Made by a program: the position numbers and the translations under genes. Below are positions 37,255-50,307 of a stretch of 64,000 nt of DNA, piece after piece. Source of the stretch: Octopus sinensis (lineage: Eukaryota); assembly GCF_006345805.1 (NCBI RefSeq), contig NC_042999.1:86428001-86492000 (forward strand), read 5' to 3'. The notes beneath the pieces were generated by a model. That model was not told the origin of the DNA. It saw only the letters and a list, made by a program, of their open reading frames with translations, and did no database searches. Positions within the stretch are counted from its first letter, which is position 1, and each line of letters opens with the position of its first letter.

Positions 37255-37592
37255 ATTGTTTTACTTGTTTCAATCATTAGACTGCGGTCATGTTGGGGCA
37301 CCGCTTTGAGGGACTTTAGTCGAACTAATCGGCTCCAATACTTATTTTCGTTTTAAGCTTTGTACTTTTTACCAAACCGTTAGGTTACGGGGACGTAAAC
37401 ACACCAACGCCGTTGGTGAAGCAGTGATGGGAGACGAACAGAGACACACACATATACATATACATATATATATACGTCGAGTTTCTTTCAATAGTAAGTA
37501 CATGACACTTGTTCAAGGTGCCGTGCGGTGGGACTGAACCCGGAACCATGTGGTTGGGAAACAAACTTCTTGCCATGCAGCCACGCCTGCCC
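37255..37592 (-). mobile_element. SINE family B copy
   Basis: Reverse-complement head CAAGGTGCCGTGCGGTGGGACTGAACCCGGAACC and tail. Confidence 0.8.
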
Positions 37593-38094
37593 CACACGCT
37601 TTCATTTTACGATAAACGATACATACACACATCCCTGCAGTTGTTATATCCAAATTAAAAGTCCAGGTTTATACCTGTAATTATTGGGGCCCTGGGATAT
37701 GTAACTCACTGTTTAAATACCAATCTTGAGAAATCCGGCTTCTCAAAACCGGAAAGTTGATTTGAAGACTGCTGATCCAAGCCATCACCAGAAGTCTAAA
37801 AATCTGTAAAACTTTCTAGAAGTTTATCATTTAATCATATATGAGCATGTCCAGATATGCAAGTATATGCTTGAAAAGACATACGCAAAACAAAACAAAC
37901 AAATCTGCAGGTATACATACATACATACATACATACATACATACAAACAAAAATACCCCGTTGTTGTAGAAATTCTAATGAAGAAGCCTTGAATTTAGGT
38001 TAGAAACTGGGTCTTTCTCTATTGGCAAGAAATCTTGAAATAAAACTAATGACATACATATACGCACACAAACCTTTATATATGTGTGCGTGTG

Positions 38095-38125
<31 letters not shown>

Positions 38126-38353
38126 ATATATATATATATATAGAACTCTTTTCAACATAAACATAACGATAACTCATCTCAACATAAACATAACGACGTA
38201 AGAAATTTGAAAAGCTAAACGCGAAACCGGTCTTTCTTCTAAATTATGTCATTGTAAGAAAAAAATTTATAATATTCTTCAGACATATTGACTCAAATAT
38301 ATATTTTTTAACCTTTTAAAACAAGCCTTCTGTAGTTTTTTCACTTTTTACTA

Positions 38354-38421
<68 letters not shown>

Positions 38422-38443
38422 CCCATTTGTATATTTTTTACTT

Positions 38444-38498
<55 letters not shown>

Positions 38499-39058
38499 GC
38501 GCGCGCGCGCGTGTGCTTGTGTGTCTTTGTCACTTCAACATCACTTGACGAGTGATGCTGGTGTGTGTTTATGTCCCCGTAACCTTGCGATTTGGCATAA
38601 GGCACCGATAGAATAAGTACTAGGCTTACAAAGAATAAGTCCTGGGTTCGATTTCTTCGACTTAAGCCCTCTAAAGCGGTGCTCCAGCATGGCTGGAGTC
38701 AAAATAACTGAAACATGTAAAAAAAAAAAGAGAATAAAAATACACAAACACACACACACAAATACACATAATGTGATATCATTCCACATGATTTCATTAC
38801 CAGTTTCTTTCCTCTACACATTTTTTCTTTCTTACATTCTCGTTATAAAATACGATTAACTTTCATTTCACACATACACACATGAGCAAGGCCAAAACAA
38901 TGCGAAGTAAATGCAAGGCAAATCATAAGAAAACAAATATGTGAATTAATGTATATATACATACATACATGCATACATACATAAACACACACACACACAC
39001 ATATATACCACGGAGTGGGACTGAACCCGGAACCATGTATGCATGTATGTATAGTATA

Positions 39059-39117
<59 letters not shown>

Positions 39118-39795
39118 CATGCATAAAAATTTTGCAAACCAGATACAGAAACGAAGTGTATATACACACACACACACACATTTATATAAAGATAAACACA
39201 TTTTATACACATACACATATATATATAATGAATGTATATATTTTAGTAGAGAGCATATTAATATTTACAAAGGAAAACTTGAGTGATATCGAAGTTTCGT
39301 CTCGCTTGGCGTCATTATTTAATGTATCTCTTATTTAAAGGATATGATTTATTGTAGAATTGGCTGTTATTTCTAGCAGGTCAAGAGACCGCCTAGTGCT
39401 TTTACCTTTTATAACTCGAACTAGCGGGAACATTCTATGCGGTCGCATGGACTTCTAGAAATAGCAGCCGGATTTCTTTCAAATCATACCCTGCCGCTTT
39501 AAATAAAATAGAATACATTTGATGATGCAGTCCCTGATATACAGACACCGAATGGTCACGGCTGGAAGGCTTTTAATCATAACGGCACGATCGGCGTAGA
39601 CTACAAGTAATGTGGCTAAATCAATTTTTTTTTATTCAGAAAACACAAACAATTGTATTTTAGTATTTATTGAATAAATAAAAAGTTTACCGTAAAAGTA
39701 ATTAATTATAAATATTTACCGACCGTTGTTAACAATGCAGGTGCTTTGTTGTGTCTGATCAGTTGTGATATAAACAAGTTTGAATCGAATATACT

Positions 39796-39805
39796 GTCAT
39801 GTGAC
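39796..39805. promoter_or_regulatory. Possible E-box/M-box (GTCATGTGAC) upstream of FBXL14
   Basis: Near-palindromic MITF/TFE/USF-type motif 130-200 bp upstream of the ORF in TE-free sequence; motif match only. Confidence 0.3.
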
Positions 39806-39937
39806 CTTGCTTTACCCCTCGTCCCCTAAACAAAGCACCACTGTATGGAGCGTGCGCAGTGCACTACCACGAGAGTCGTAGGAGCGTAAATAAAACAAAG
39901 AGAGAAAGGGGAGGAATTACCATTGTGAGGAGGCAGG

Positions 39938-41941
39938 ATGTTTGTTAACCTTTGCTTGGAGAAGTGGCACCACCACCACCACAGATGTATAATAAAAATG
40001 GAGTCCAATGAAATGGAAGAGAGCGACCAGTATAACAACAATAACACGACTACCTGTACGGTAAGCAGTCCTTTGCTTTTTAGAAATGGCAACACTCACT
40101 CAACAAATAGGCGAGAAGAAAACAAAAGCAGTCCTTACAATCTATCGAATAACTCTAAGCTTTCTAGTCGAACCAATGTTGAAAGTAATTCTTATTCACA
40201 ATGCGATCCTGAAATTCGAACTGAATCTCGTCGTTGTTCTTCTGAAAGTATTCGACCATCATCTGCTTCTCTCCACCAAACATCACATTCTGAAGTACTT
40301 TTGCATCCTACCGGTAAAAGTAGCAGCAGCAGTAGTAGTAACTCGAAGCATCACAGCCACCGTAACCATCACCAATCTCTCTACAGTAGCCGTCACCATC
40401 ATAGCCATCGTAAACACTACAGTCGTTACAAAAATAACCGTAGTCCTAACTATCAGACGTCTCAACAATTCGATGAAAACATCCAAATGATAACCAGCCA
40501 CGGACGACGATCGACGGATAACTACCTGTATAACAAAAGTAGTCGAAGTCATAACAATAATACAGTCACCAATAACACAAGTTGTTGCAGTAGTAGCAGT
40601 GATTGTGGCATTGGCGGCAACTCCGTCAAGGTTTCTCCGAGACTTTCTTCCTCAGACTCTAATTCCAATGACAATAGTCCAAGCCCCAACTTATCTCCAG
40701 CACCTACTTCAGCCATAACATCACCACTTCCGCCTCCGTCTCCCCCAACAAAGTCTGGAGAGCACGTCCATTGTTTGTTTCCCGAGTTATTGGTAATGAT
40801 ATTCTGCTATTTAGACGTGAGGAACAAAGGCCGTGTGGCCCAAGTATGTAGTCGCTGGCGGGATGCTGCCTATTCTCGCACTGTGTGGCGTGGAGTTGAA
40901 GCTAAAATTCATCTTCGTCGATCAAACCCTTCTTTATTCCGTAGCCTTGCCAAACGTGGAATTCGCAGAATTCAAATTCTGAGCTTAAAACGAAGTCTCC
41001 GTGATGTTGTAGCCGGCATTCCAGACTTAGAAAGTCTTAACCTTAGTGGATGTTACAGTATCACCGATGCTGGTCTAGGCCAAGCACTTCTATACCGGTT
41101 GCCTTTGGTTAGTGAACTTAATCTCAGCCTGTGCAAGCAGACAACAGACTACAGCCTCAGCCGGATTGCTATGTATCTAAAAAATTTAAAAGTATTACAT
41201 TTAGGTGGTTGTTCTCTAATAACGAATGCAGGTTTGTTTGTTATTTCCTATGGATTAGTCAACTTGCAATCACTTGATTTGAGAAGCTGTCGATATCTTT
41301 CAGATCAAGGGATTGCTTACTTGGCAGGACTTGGTAATGAGATAACTACACAAGGTAACTTAGCTCTTGAACATCTTTGTTTACAGGACTGTCAGAAACT
41401 TACGGACCAATCACTGCACTATATGAGTCTTGGGTTGAAAAGTTTACTTAAAGTGAACCTTAGCTTTTGTGGTGGGGTCACTGACGCAGGACTGCAGTAT
41501 TTGGCTAAAATGCCCAGCCTACGTGAAATTAACCTTGCCAGCTGTGATTTAGTGACTGACACTGGACTTGCACATTTGGCACGTGGAGGCTCACATATAA
41601 CATCTTTGGATGTGAGCTTTTGTGATAAAATTGGAGATGGAGGCTTGAGCCGTTTGGCTGAAGGACTCTTTAAACTCGAATGCCTCAGTTTGAGTGCATG
41701 CAACATCAGTGACACTGGTATTAGCTATATTACACAGAATATGCATGGTTTAACCACATTAAATATTGGTCAGTGTCATCGTATTACCGATCGAGCACTG
41801 AATCTTATAGCAGACAATCTGAAAAAACTGTCAAGTATGGACCTCTATGGTTGCACACAAATATCTGCAAAAGGTCTTGAAAGGATTATGCAGTTACCGA
41901 GTTTATCCAGTTTAAATTTGGGTTTATGGCACAAACGGTGA
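39938..41941 (+). CDS. FBXL14: F-box/LRR protein 14 (Partner of paired-like), single exon; start may be the ATG at 39998
   Basis: 667-aa ORF; F-box HVHCLFPELLVMIFCYLDVRNKGRVAQVCSRWRDAAY followed by VWRGVEAKIHLRR, about 11 cysteine-containing LRRs (LNLSGCYSITD, LSFCGGVTD, LNIGQCHRITD), C-terminal LNLGLWHKR. Confidence 0.96.
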   Translation: MFVNLCLEKWHHHHHRCIIKMESNEMEESDQYNNNNTTTCTVSSPLLFRNGNTHSTNRREENKSSPYNLSNNSKLSSRTNVESNSYSQCDPEIRTESRRCSSESIRPSSASLHQTSHSEVLLHPTGKSSSSSSSNSKHHSHRNHHQSLYSSRHHHSHRKHYSRYKNNRSPNYQTSQQFDENIQMITSHGRRSTDNYLYNKSSRSHNNNTVTNNTSCCSSSSDCGIGGNSVKVSPRLSSSDSNSNDNSPSPNLSPAPTSAITSPLPPPSPPTKSGEHVHCLFPELLVMIFCYLDVRNKGRVAQVCSRWRDAAYSRTVWRGVEAKIHLRRSNPSLFRSLAKRGIRRIQILSLKRSLRDVVAGIPDLESLNLSGCYSITDAGLGQALLYRLPLVSELNLSLCKQTTDYSLSRIAMYLKNLKVLHLGGCSLITNAGLFVISYGLVNLQSLDLRSCRYLSDQGIAYLAGLGNEITTQGNLALEHLCLQDCQKLTDQSLHYMSLGLKSLLKVNLSFCGGVTDAGLQYLAKMPSLREINLASCDLVTDTGLAHLARGGSHITSLDVSFCDKIGDGGLSRLAEGLFKLECLSLSACNISDTGISYITQNMHGLTTLNIGQCHRITDRALNLIADNLKKLSSMDLYGCTQISAKGLERIMQLPSLSSLNLGLWHKR

Positions 41942-43589
41942 CACTAGGAATCAAGTTGATCTTTTGTCTTCAGTTTTATGCAGGTTAAATTTATCTCCTG
42001 TTTTGTATATTTCACTTGACCGAGTTTTACATGGAACACAAGATGTTGGCCTGTTCATATAAGAATATATTCTATGGAAGTTAGAAATACTGAAACCTGT
42101 CTTGCAGTTTGCTTGATTTCGATTTACCTGAAACAACATTTTATATTCTTAGATCCAGAGTCATCTTAGGAACCAAGATTGCTGCAGAATATTTCTCAAA
42201 ATAACAAAAAAGACATTTGGGGAATATATTGACTTATAAAATGTAAAACAAAGAAGAAAAAAAAAAGAAACATGGAAAAACCTAACTCTACAATCTATAA
42301 TATTTATTATTTTGATCAGAAATGTTTTATATTTTGCTTAGTTTCTTTATAAACAGTAAATGCATTTTGTTCTGTCATTTATTTAATTTTTTTAATTTAA
42401 AAAATTTTTTTTTGAGAAATGATATTGAGAAGCAATAATATGGAAACAAGTTCAGCGGATTGGTAAAAATTCATATTGATTTGAATCATCACTTCAGAAT
42501 TAAAAACAAAACTTGTTTGAATATTAACAAAGAAGCTCTGTTGTTACGGCCTAGAATTTATTTCATCGGAAATAATATTTCAGTTATTTTTATGGTATGA
42601 AGGTAGCAAGTTGACCATACACGACATATATCTCTTTTCATTTTAGACCATTCTACACTGTTGTGCTGTCTTCATTAGTGATGACAGTAAAGATCTAAAA
42701 TAGGATTTTGTTTGATGTAATGTGAATTTAGTGTAGTAGGTCAGCCACATATCAGTTTTGTGCCTGCATGGTTGGTCTGATAAAAGTGGCTGTAATTGTT
42801 CTGGTGAGTTGCATTTATATGACCAATCACAAGTCTTGAAGTTCCAGGTGCTATAAGGGTTGTAAAGCACACTGACCATGAGCTATTGTTTAGATTAGAT
42901 CAGTTTTGAACTAGCAGACCAGCTATCAAAGACATTCTAACCATGGCCATCATGCTTCTGATTCAGGTAGTTTATTGGTGCATGTGTGGCTGTGTAGTAA
43001 GAATAAGTACAAGTGTGATAGTGTTATATGTCCTTTTTCTTATACTTTAGGGTATCATTTGAGAAGAGCTTTAGTTGCTATTTTTACAGGGTAGGCAACC
43101 ACACATAGATTTCCTAACAAGTGTATTTGAAATAAAATATTTTGGTTTTATTATTTAGGTTCTGAATAGATCAGTGAGAGCTGCATGTGGCTGAAAAATT
43201 AAGACTTGGTCAGGACTGTTTTATATTAAAAAATGGACTTGATATTGCTTGTGGGGCCTCAGTGTTGACAAAATTATTTGTCCTGATGGTTTGATTATAC
43301 TGTTCTCTGGTGTATGAATGATATCAATATATTGTGTGTGAATTGTGATCTCTTGGGGGAAAGTAATCTGATGAATTATTATTGAATGATATCTGTAGTA
43401 TGTTGTATTTTTAGTGTTGCTTATGAGTTGTGTATCAGTGACTGATACACAGTCTATTGTTTGAACTGATCTAAGGATACAGAAGTATACAATCAAAAGC
43501 TTGGAGCTAGCCCACCTTGGCTATAAAACACTGCTGTCTGTTATGGAACATTATTCTCCAGGGAGCTATGTTTGTTACAGAAAACTATT

Positions 43590-43880
43590 TGGTCATCATC
43601 ATCATTTATACATTCATTTATTCTTTGCTAGTATGAGTTGGATAAGTCTTCTTCAATACATCTCACTAACTGTTGCATTTCTTTATCATTTCCTTTGTGA
43701 AATTCAACATCCTGAGATTAGCATTCTACCCATGTCTTCCTTAGTCTTCTGTCCCATAGTTTTCTTCTTGGAGGTCCTGGCATTTCTTTACCAATCTGTC
43801 ATCAACTATATGCATTACATGTCCATACCAATACAGTCTCCTTTTTGGCACACTACATCTGATTTGTATTATGGCTAGTT
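43590..43880 (-). mobile_element. RTE-clade LINE 3' relic with (GAT)n tail
   Basis: Minus-strand RRLYWYGHVMHIVDDRLVKKC...RKTW; tail CCAACTCATACTAGCA...AAATGATGATGATG. Confidence 0.7.
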
Positions 43881-43984
43881 TTCTCTCAGCTCATCCAAAT
43901 CTACTTACAAAGATTTATTCTCAGCTTACATATTTTTTTGATATTCGGTTGGAAGTGACTGAACACCCAAGATCTCTGAGAGTT

Positions 43985-45070
43985 GCTGCCTGACTGGCCC
44001 TCGTGCCAGTGGCATGTAAAAGCACCCACTACACTCTTGGAGTGGTTGGCATTAGGAAGGGCATCCAGCTGTAGAAACTCTGCCAGATCAGATTGGAGCC
44101 TGGTGCAGCCATCTGGTTCGCCAGTCCTCAGTCAAATCGTCCAACTCATGCTAGCATGGAAAGCGAACGCTAAATGATGATGATGATATAGCAGCGCATA
44201 AAGTTCAGCCTTTACAGCTGAATAACTGTTTCAAGTTTTGGCATGGAGATAGGGTGTAAGTCAGTTACATCGATCCCAGTTGAGACTGGCACTTATTTTA
44301 TTAACCTCAAAAGATGAAAGACAAAGTCAACCTTGGTAGAATTTGAACCCAGAAGAAAGCTGTTAAGCATTTTGTTTGGTATGCTAATGGTTCTACTAGC
44401 TGACCCTCTTGCAGCTAAACAATGAGTATTTATGTGTGTAGGTATGTGGATCAATGTGTGTTTTTGTGTGTCTTCATTTCGACACCAATCGAGCAACAGT
44501 GAATATGTTTACATCTCTTGTAAACAATGCATTATGTAGCTCAGTGATTTTAATATGTGAAGACCAGTGGAAGAAAAGATACCTTACTTGAATAACAAGT
44601 AGAGTTGATAACATGAAGGGTAGCTGGCTGCAGAATACTGCCTCAATTAATCCTGTCCAACTCATGCAGATCTGGATATCAGATATAATGATGATGATAA
44701 ATGGAAACAAGCACCATTTGAGCATGATCCTTACCAGCATTGCCTTACTAGCACTTGTGATGGTGGCACGTAAAAAACATTCGAGCGAGGTCGTTGCCAG
44801 TGCCGCTGGATTGATTCCTGTGCAGGTGGCATGTAAAAGACATTTTGAGCGTGGCCGTTGCCAGTACCGCCTGACTGGCCCTCGTGCAAGTGGCACGTAA
44901 AAGCACCCACTACACTCTCGGAGTGGTTGGCGTTAGGAAGGGCATCCAGCTGTAGAAACTCTGCCAGATCAGATTGGAGCCTGGCGCAGCCATCTGGTTC
45001 GCCAGTCGTCAGTCAAATCATTCAACCCATGCTAGCATGGAAAGCGGATGTTAAATGATGATGATAGTGA
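43985..45070 (+). mobile_element. Two family D non-autonomous retroposons with RTE-like tail, flanking a decayed SINE A
   Basis: GGCACGTAAAAGCACCCACTACACTCTCGGAGTGGTTGGCGTTAGGAAGGGCATCCAGC...CCAACCCATGCTAGCATGGAAAGC..(GAT)n at 43985-44190 and 44720-45070. Confidence 0.8.
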
Positions 45071-46049
45071 TGGTTACATGCTTTGTGATAAAGATTTTAT
45101 CAGGTTAAGTTAGTAATAACAATTATCTTTCATTTTAAATAGTCACCAACCTTACACACTTCATAAATTGATTAAGAGTAAATTTTTGTCCAAGTTAGTC
45201 TGATAAAATGATAGCCATCAAACAACCAGATTTTTGTTTAAAGATATTTTTTCATTAGAATTTTAGTTGCACAAGACTGGATAGCAACAAGTCAGTGGCT
45301 GTTGTAATGACTCACTGGAAAAGCAGAAAAGTTTCTATTATCTAAACTACCATAGTTACTTGTGATAGCATAGCTGCTAAAGTTTCAGGGAAACAGAAAA
45401 CTTTAGCAAACTCCTATCTCTGTTAGCTATAGAAAGCATTCTTTTCCATATGAAAAACAGCTTTTGTGGTATGTCCTAGAGATGTGCAATATGATAGTTA
45501 ATGAAGAATTAGTTTGGCATGTTCACTAAGATGGGTTGGATGTCTTATGTTAACTAGCATGAAATATTACAGAAACGATTTAAGAAATGGCCTCTGATGC
45601 ATACTTATGTTAAAAGAAAACCCCCAGAATGAGAGATCTGAGGAATGGTGTAATGTATTTAACAAATGTCTTGCAAACAACTTGCACATACTGGAAGCCA
45701 GCAAGTGTATGGGGTCATCAGGAGAGAATGCTCACTGTTTTGGGGGCCTACCTTTTGATGACATCAATGTGCGCTGCCCCCCCCCCTCACTGATATGAGG
45801 CTCCGCTTGCTAGATCAACGGGTTATTAAATATAGCTCCATATTTCTCTAGCCATTGCTCATCTTTTTAACCAAATCCAGTGGCTAACCTTCTCTGTAGT
45901 TTGGATATTGGTTTTGGTAGTATTTACCTTATGATGTGTTAGGCCTAATGATAACAACAGTCGTCTCACACTGTGTCCAACAAACCCTCTACATCCGACT
46001 TCAATTGCATCTTAACATTCCTCGAGGAGGTTTACTTAACGGTCAATCT

Positions 46050-46300
46050 TTTAAGCCCAAGTGGTGTCCATGTTAGCTTCATGAGTAACCGTTAACTTGA
46101 CTACATTTACACATTTCTTTTCTTCACACATTAAAATGTCCGGTTTTTTCATAACTGGGATGGGAAAGAGTCCCTGGCACCCTGGTAAATCTGCAATCAC
46201 TTCCCAATAGCCGTTCCACTTTTCATCTCTCACACACCTGTCCATTTGTAAATTCTTGGTATGTAGATGTTTAACTTTTAATCCTTTAGCATTCACATTC
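46050..46300 (-). mobile_element. Possible RLE-type LINE nuclease relic
   Basis: KKPDILMCEEKKCVNVVKLTVTHEAN resembles PD...ELTVP.E of restriction-like endonucleases. Confidence 0.4.
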
Positions 46301-46486
46301 TATCAAAAGTAATGTTTATTTATTCACATTGTTTTGAATTAATCATGCATTATTTTATAACTGAGATTTCAATGAGGTAACTTTTAATTTTTAAAATGAT
46401 ATGATAGGGTTAGAGTAAGAGGCCAGATCTGGCCATTTTGATCATGAAACAAATACAATATTTTGGCTGGTTTAAATGCTAAAGGG
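46282..46486. mobile_element. piggyBac-type MITE
   Basis: TTAA-TCCTTTAGCATT ... AATGCTAAAGGG-TTAA. Confidence 0.7.
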
Positions 46487-46943
46487 TTAAGGGGAAAACA
46501 TGTTCATACAAGCTGAAATATCTGGTTAAGTATATTAGTTGCAGAGTATGTATAAATTAAAACAAAGACTAGAATTTATGATATTGTAGATATGTACATA
46601 AATATAAACACATGCACTCAAACAAACACACGCGTGTCTGTATATATGTACTTTTGCAATACAGTAAGTATTAGTTTCTATAAAATGTGGCAAAACCTTT
46701 TTATTGGAATTTAAGTAATTATACATATTTGTATTTACATGTGTATAGTAATCTGCCATTGTTTTTAGCCATAGAGTAGCCCTGAGTGAGCAGACTCATG
46801 ATCAGAGAAGTTCCAGCCATGACCAATGTGTCTTTTTGCCAAGCAGAATGTACTCCCAGACAACATTGTTTCATGTTTTTTGTTTCTTTTAATAAGTCTG
46901 CTTTAAGTGATGGATGAATTTAAAATGAAAAAATTTAGGAATC

Positions 46944-47126
46944 AATTGCAATGTGGAAGGTGTTTATAAGCCATTTAAGAAACACACAAAAACCGTTAAA
47001 TTCACTTCAACATTTAAATTTAATTTGTCAAAATAATTTCATCGCTTTGAGACCGCAACCTGTTCACTGACAAAACTCCATGCTGCATCTCTTAAATGGC
47101 TTGTAAACACCTTCCACGCTGCAATT
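46944..47126. mobile_element. MITE with ~37-bp inverted ends
   Basis: AATTGCAATGTGGAAGGTGTTTATAAGCCATTTAAGA / TCTTAAATGGCTTGTAAACACCTTCCACGCTGCAATT. Confidence 0.8.
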
Positions 47127-47425
47127 GTTTTTGTTCCAGCACACGATCTCAGATCAGGTCACTTGCTATGCAAGTACATCTCCTTAATTTTGGGAATGTT
47201 TTACATTAATAGAAAAAATCCAGAAAATTATATTTTGTCTAAGGCATTTTGTGGCACATTTATACCATAGCTGACAGGTTTCTGACAGCTAGTTGCTGGT
47301 TCACTGTATTTAGAATGGTAAGGGTGTATTTGTGCAGCTAATAACACAAAATATTTTTGTTCAACTGCTTTGATTTATTGGTTTTCTTACTGATATGTGC
47401 ATCTTTTGCTTATATATATATATGT

Positions 47426-48195
47426 ACAGGGTGTGATGGGTAAATTGTCACCATTTCATTTTTTAAAATTTTGTGTATGTGCATTGTTTGTTTTTGATTT
47501 TGTCAGACTGACAGTACAGTAGGGTTAGTTGGGCACCATCTGTGAGAAAACAACACCATGATGTAATTCACTGTACCAGAAATTTGGAAATTACATGCTG
47601 TACTGGTTGGTATTCATGCCAGAAGCTCCAATATAAACATTTCAAAGTGTTAGGGTGTCAATCTTAGGACAATGCAATCTGAGGACATGTTCCAAGAGCG
47701 ATAACAATCAAACATCCAGTCAACATCATGATGTTTGGAGTTATCATTAGTGATGGCAATGTTATGCCTCCATTCATCTTCCCACATGGTCTCACACTGA
47801 ACACAGAGGCCTACATCAAGTGCCTGGAGCAGGTAGTGCTGCTCTGGGTCAAGAGGGTGGCTGCTGGAAGATCCTTTGTCTAGCAACAGAACTCTGCACC
47901 ATGCTACACAAGTAGGAGACCCCAGTCATGGCTGTCTGACAATTTCTGCAACCACATCACCCCTAACATGTGGCCACCTAACTTGCCAGACTGCAGCCCC
48001 CTTGATTATAATATGTGGAGCGCAGTTGAGCAAGAGACCAACAAAACTCCTTGTAACACCAAAAATGAACTGAAGGCAATGATTATGGCAGCATTCAATA
48101 ACTTAAACAAGGAGACCATCAAGAAGAGTTGCAGGAGATTCCGAAGTCGTCTGGAAACCATGGTTGCAGCAAATGACAACTTTATTGAATTGTGC
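47426..48195 (+). mobile_element. Internally deleted maT/mori-type Tc1/mariner relic
   Basis: TA-CAGGGTG left end; MMFGVIISDGNVMPPFIFPHGL...QQNSAPCYTS...WPPNLPDCSPLDYNMWS. Confidence 0.75.
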
Positions 48196-48329
48196 ACGTC
48201 TTTATTTGTAGCAAATTAATGACATGAAAGATGTTTGAGTGAGCCAAAGATGTGATAGTAGAAAGGGGCAAGATCTGGATTGTATGCAGATTGATCAAGC
48301 ATAGACCTTGGTATTTGGTGCGAATTGCT

Positions 48330-48895
48330 GGTTTCAGTTCATTGGCCAGCATTTCACTGTAACCTACAATGGATACTGTAGACTACTTTTCCAGCAATGT
48401 TCCAGTATAGATAGGCCCTTTTGCATTCCAAGAATGGTTAGCATCATGTTTTCTGCTGAAGGTTGTCTTCTTGAATTACTTTTACATTGGCGATTCCAGA
48501 TGTTTTCCCTCCATACTCTACCTTTCAGGTTCTGGCTCAAAGTGATGGACCCAGGTTTCATCTCCTGTGGCAGAACCATGACTTATTGGCAGAGAACATG
48601 CCACCTCATTGATGGTTACTCAGTTAACCCAAACCATCTCTTGAGCTTGTTGAATCTTCATGTTAGTGGTGGAGGTTGATGAGTGTCCTGCTCCCTCTTC
48701 ATGCTTTACACTTCTCTGGCCATTTTTAAAATTCTCAATCCACTCATACTCACTTCCGTGTGGTAGAGCATTCCTTGTATTGTACTGAAAACCTGCAATG
48801 AATTTCAGTCCAACACCCCTTCAGACCAGACAAATCAGAGCAACTGACTTCTGTTCTTCCTGATGTACAGTGACAGCAGAATGGTTGTGCTTAAT
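48330..48895 (-). mobile_element. Mariner transposase relic
   Basis: Minus-strand pieces FVWSEGV, YEWIENFKNG, GDETWVHHFEPE. Confidence 0.7.
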
Positions 48896-49669
48896 CTGTA
48901 ACACAAGAAAACTGGAGCGATCAGAGTCAAACCTTGATTGTGTAACCACAAGAGACCATCTTTTAGCAAGCAAGCACTGAAGGCAGTGCAATCAACCTAA
49001 AGAAATTCTGGTAAAAGTGCAGATAATTTCTGACTTCCCCTAGTATCACAACATGACAGAGAAACAAACACACATCCACACAAACACAATTCATTTCTGT
49101 TTTGGAACAGTGGATCTGGAAGTAGGTAAAGCTAGAAATAGTAGCATGTAAATATCAGGTTAAGAAAACTCTTTGGATAGGTGAAGTCGAAGCCTAGGAT
49201 GTCAATTATATATGTGTGTACACACACATGCACACATATACTATGGGCTTCTTTTAGTTTCTTTCTATCAAATCCACTTACAAGGCTTTGCTTGACCCTG
49301 GGTTATAGTAACAGACACTTGCCCAAAGTGCCATGCTGTTGGACTGAACTCAAAACTGGATGGTTGGTAAGTGAACTTCTTAAATCACACGGTCCTGCTT
49401 GCGTCTGACAATATTTTTTTTTCTTGGATATATATATGTCTTCATTTCTTTCCTTGCTTTCAGATTCAGTTTGAAGGAGACAGTATTACCTTCCTAATTC
49501 CATTCGTGATCAAATCTACTAATGCCACTGTTCATGTAGCATATATCTTCCTTGTTTTGTTATTCAATTTTCAGCTTTCAAGTATACAATTTACTTGTAC
49601 ATGTTTGTACCAATATTCACACCACAAAAGCTTTTTAGAATAAGATGTCGAAGTCAACAGCATATAAAA

Positions 49670-49975
49670 GGTAAAAAACCCCTACAGTTGTGAATGACCA
49701 TAGGATTGCACCTGGAAAGTTCCTCTCCAAGGTACAAGTGTGGGCATGGTTGTTTATGGAAAACCAACAGCTGCCCATGCATACCAGCCTCCCCTCTTCA
49801 TGTCACTGATGTTATCCAAGGGAAAGGCAAAGGCCAGTACATCTTGGCACCAGTGATGTTGCAACTCATCTGAGTGAACTGGAGCAACATGAAATAAAGT
49901 GTCTTGCTCGAGAACAACACACAGCCTGGTCTTCTAATCAAACTAACTACCTCATGATAGTGAGCCAGACGCTCT
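49670..49975 (-). mobile_element. SINE family C copy (CpG-decayed)
   Basis: Reverse-complement homologue of 12536-12880. Confidence 0.75.
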
Positions 49976-50307
49976 AACAAAGGTTCAAATGTGTCTGAGG
50001 TCAACATTTGTTATCATAGTCGTTGGTGTCATCGACATCATCATCATCATCATCATCACCAGCATCATTATCGTTATTTTAATGTCCACTCTTCCATGCT
50101 TGCATGGGTTGGGCAGAATTTGTTGAGACAGACTTTTAGTGGCTGGATGCCCATCCTGTTGCCAACCCCTGTCTACTTCCAAGCAAGGTAATATTTCTCC
50201 ATGACTAGACATGTCTTACATAGACTGGAAATGAAGGTGACACTCATTTACAACTCTTGTACAATGTCAAGATGAAAGGACACTAACTCACTGCATATAT
50301 ATATATA

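Noticed and set aside
40086-41715. Overlapping alternative-frame and antisense ORFs within FBXL14
   Set aside because: By-products of low-complexity and LRR codon usage; no recognisable motifs.
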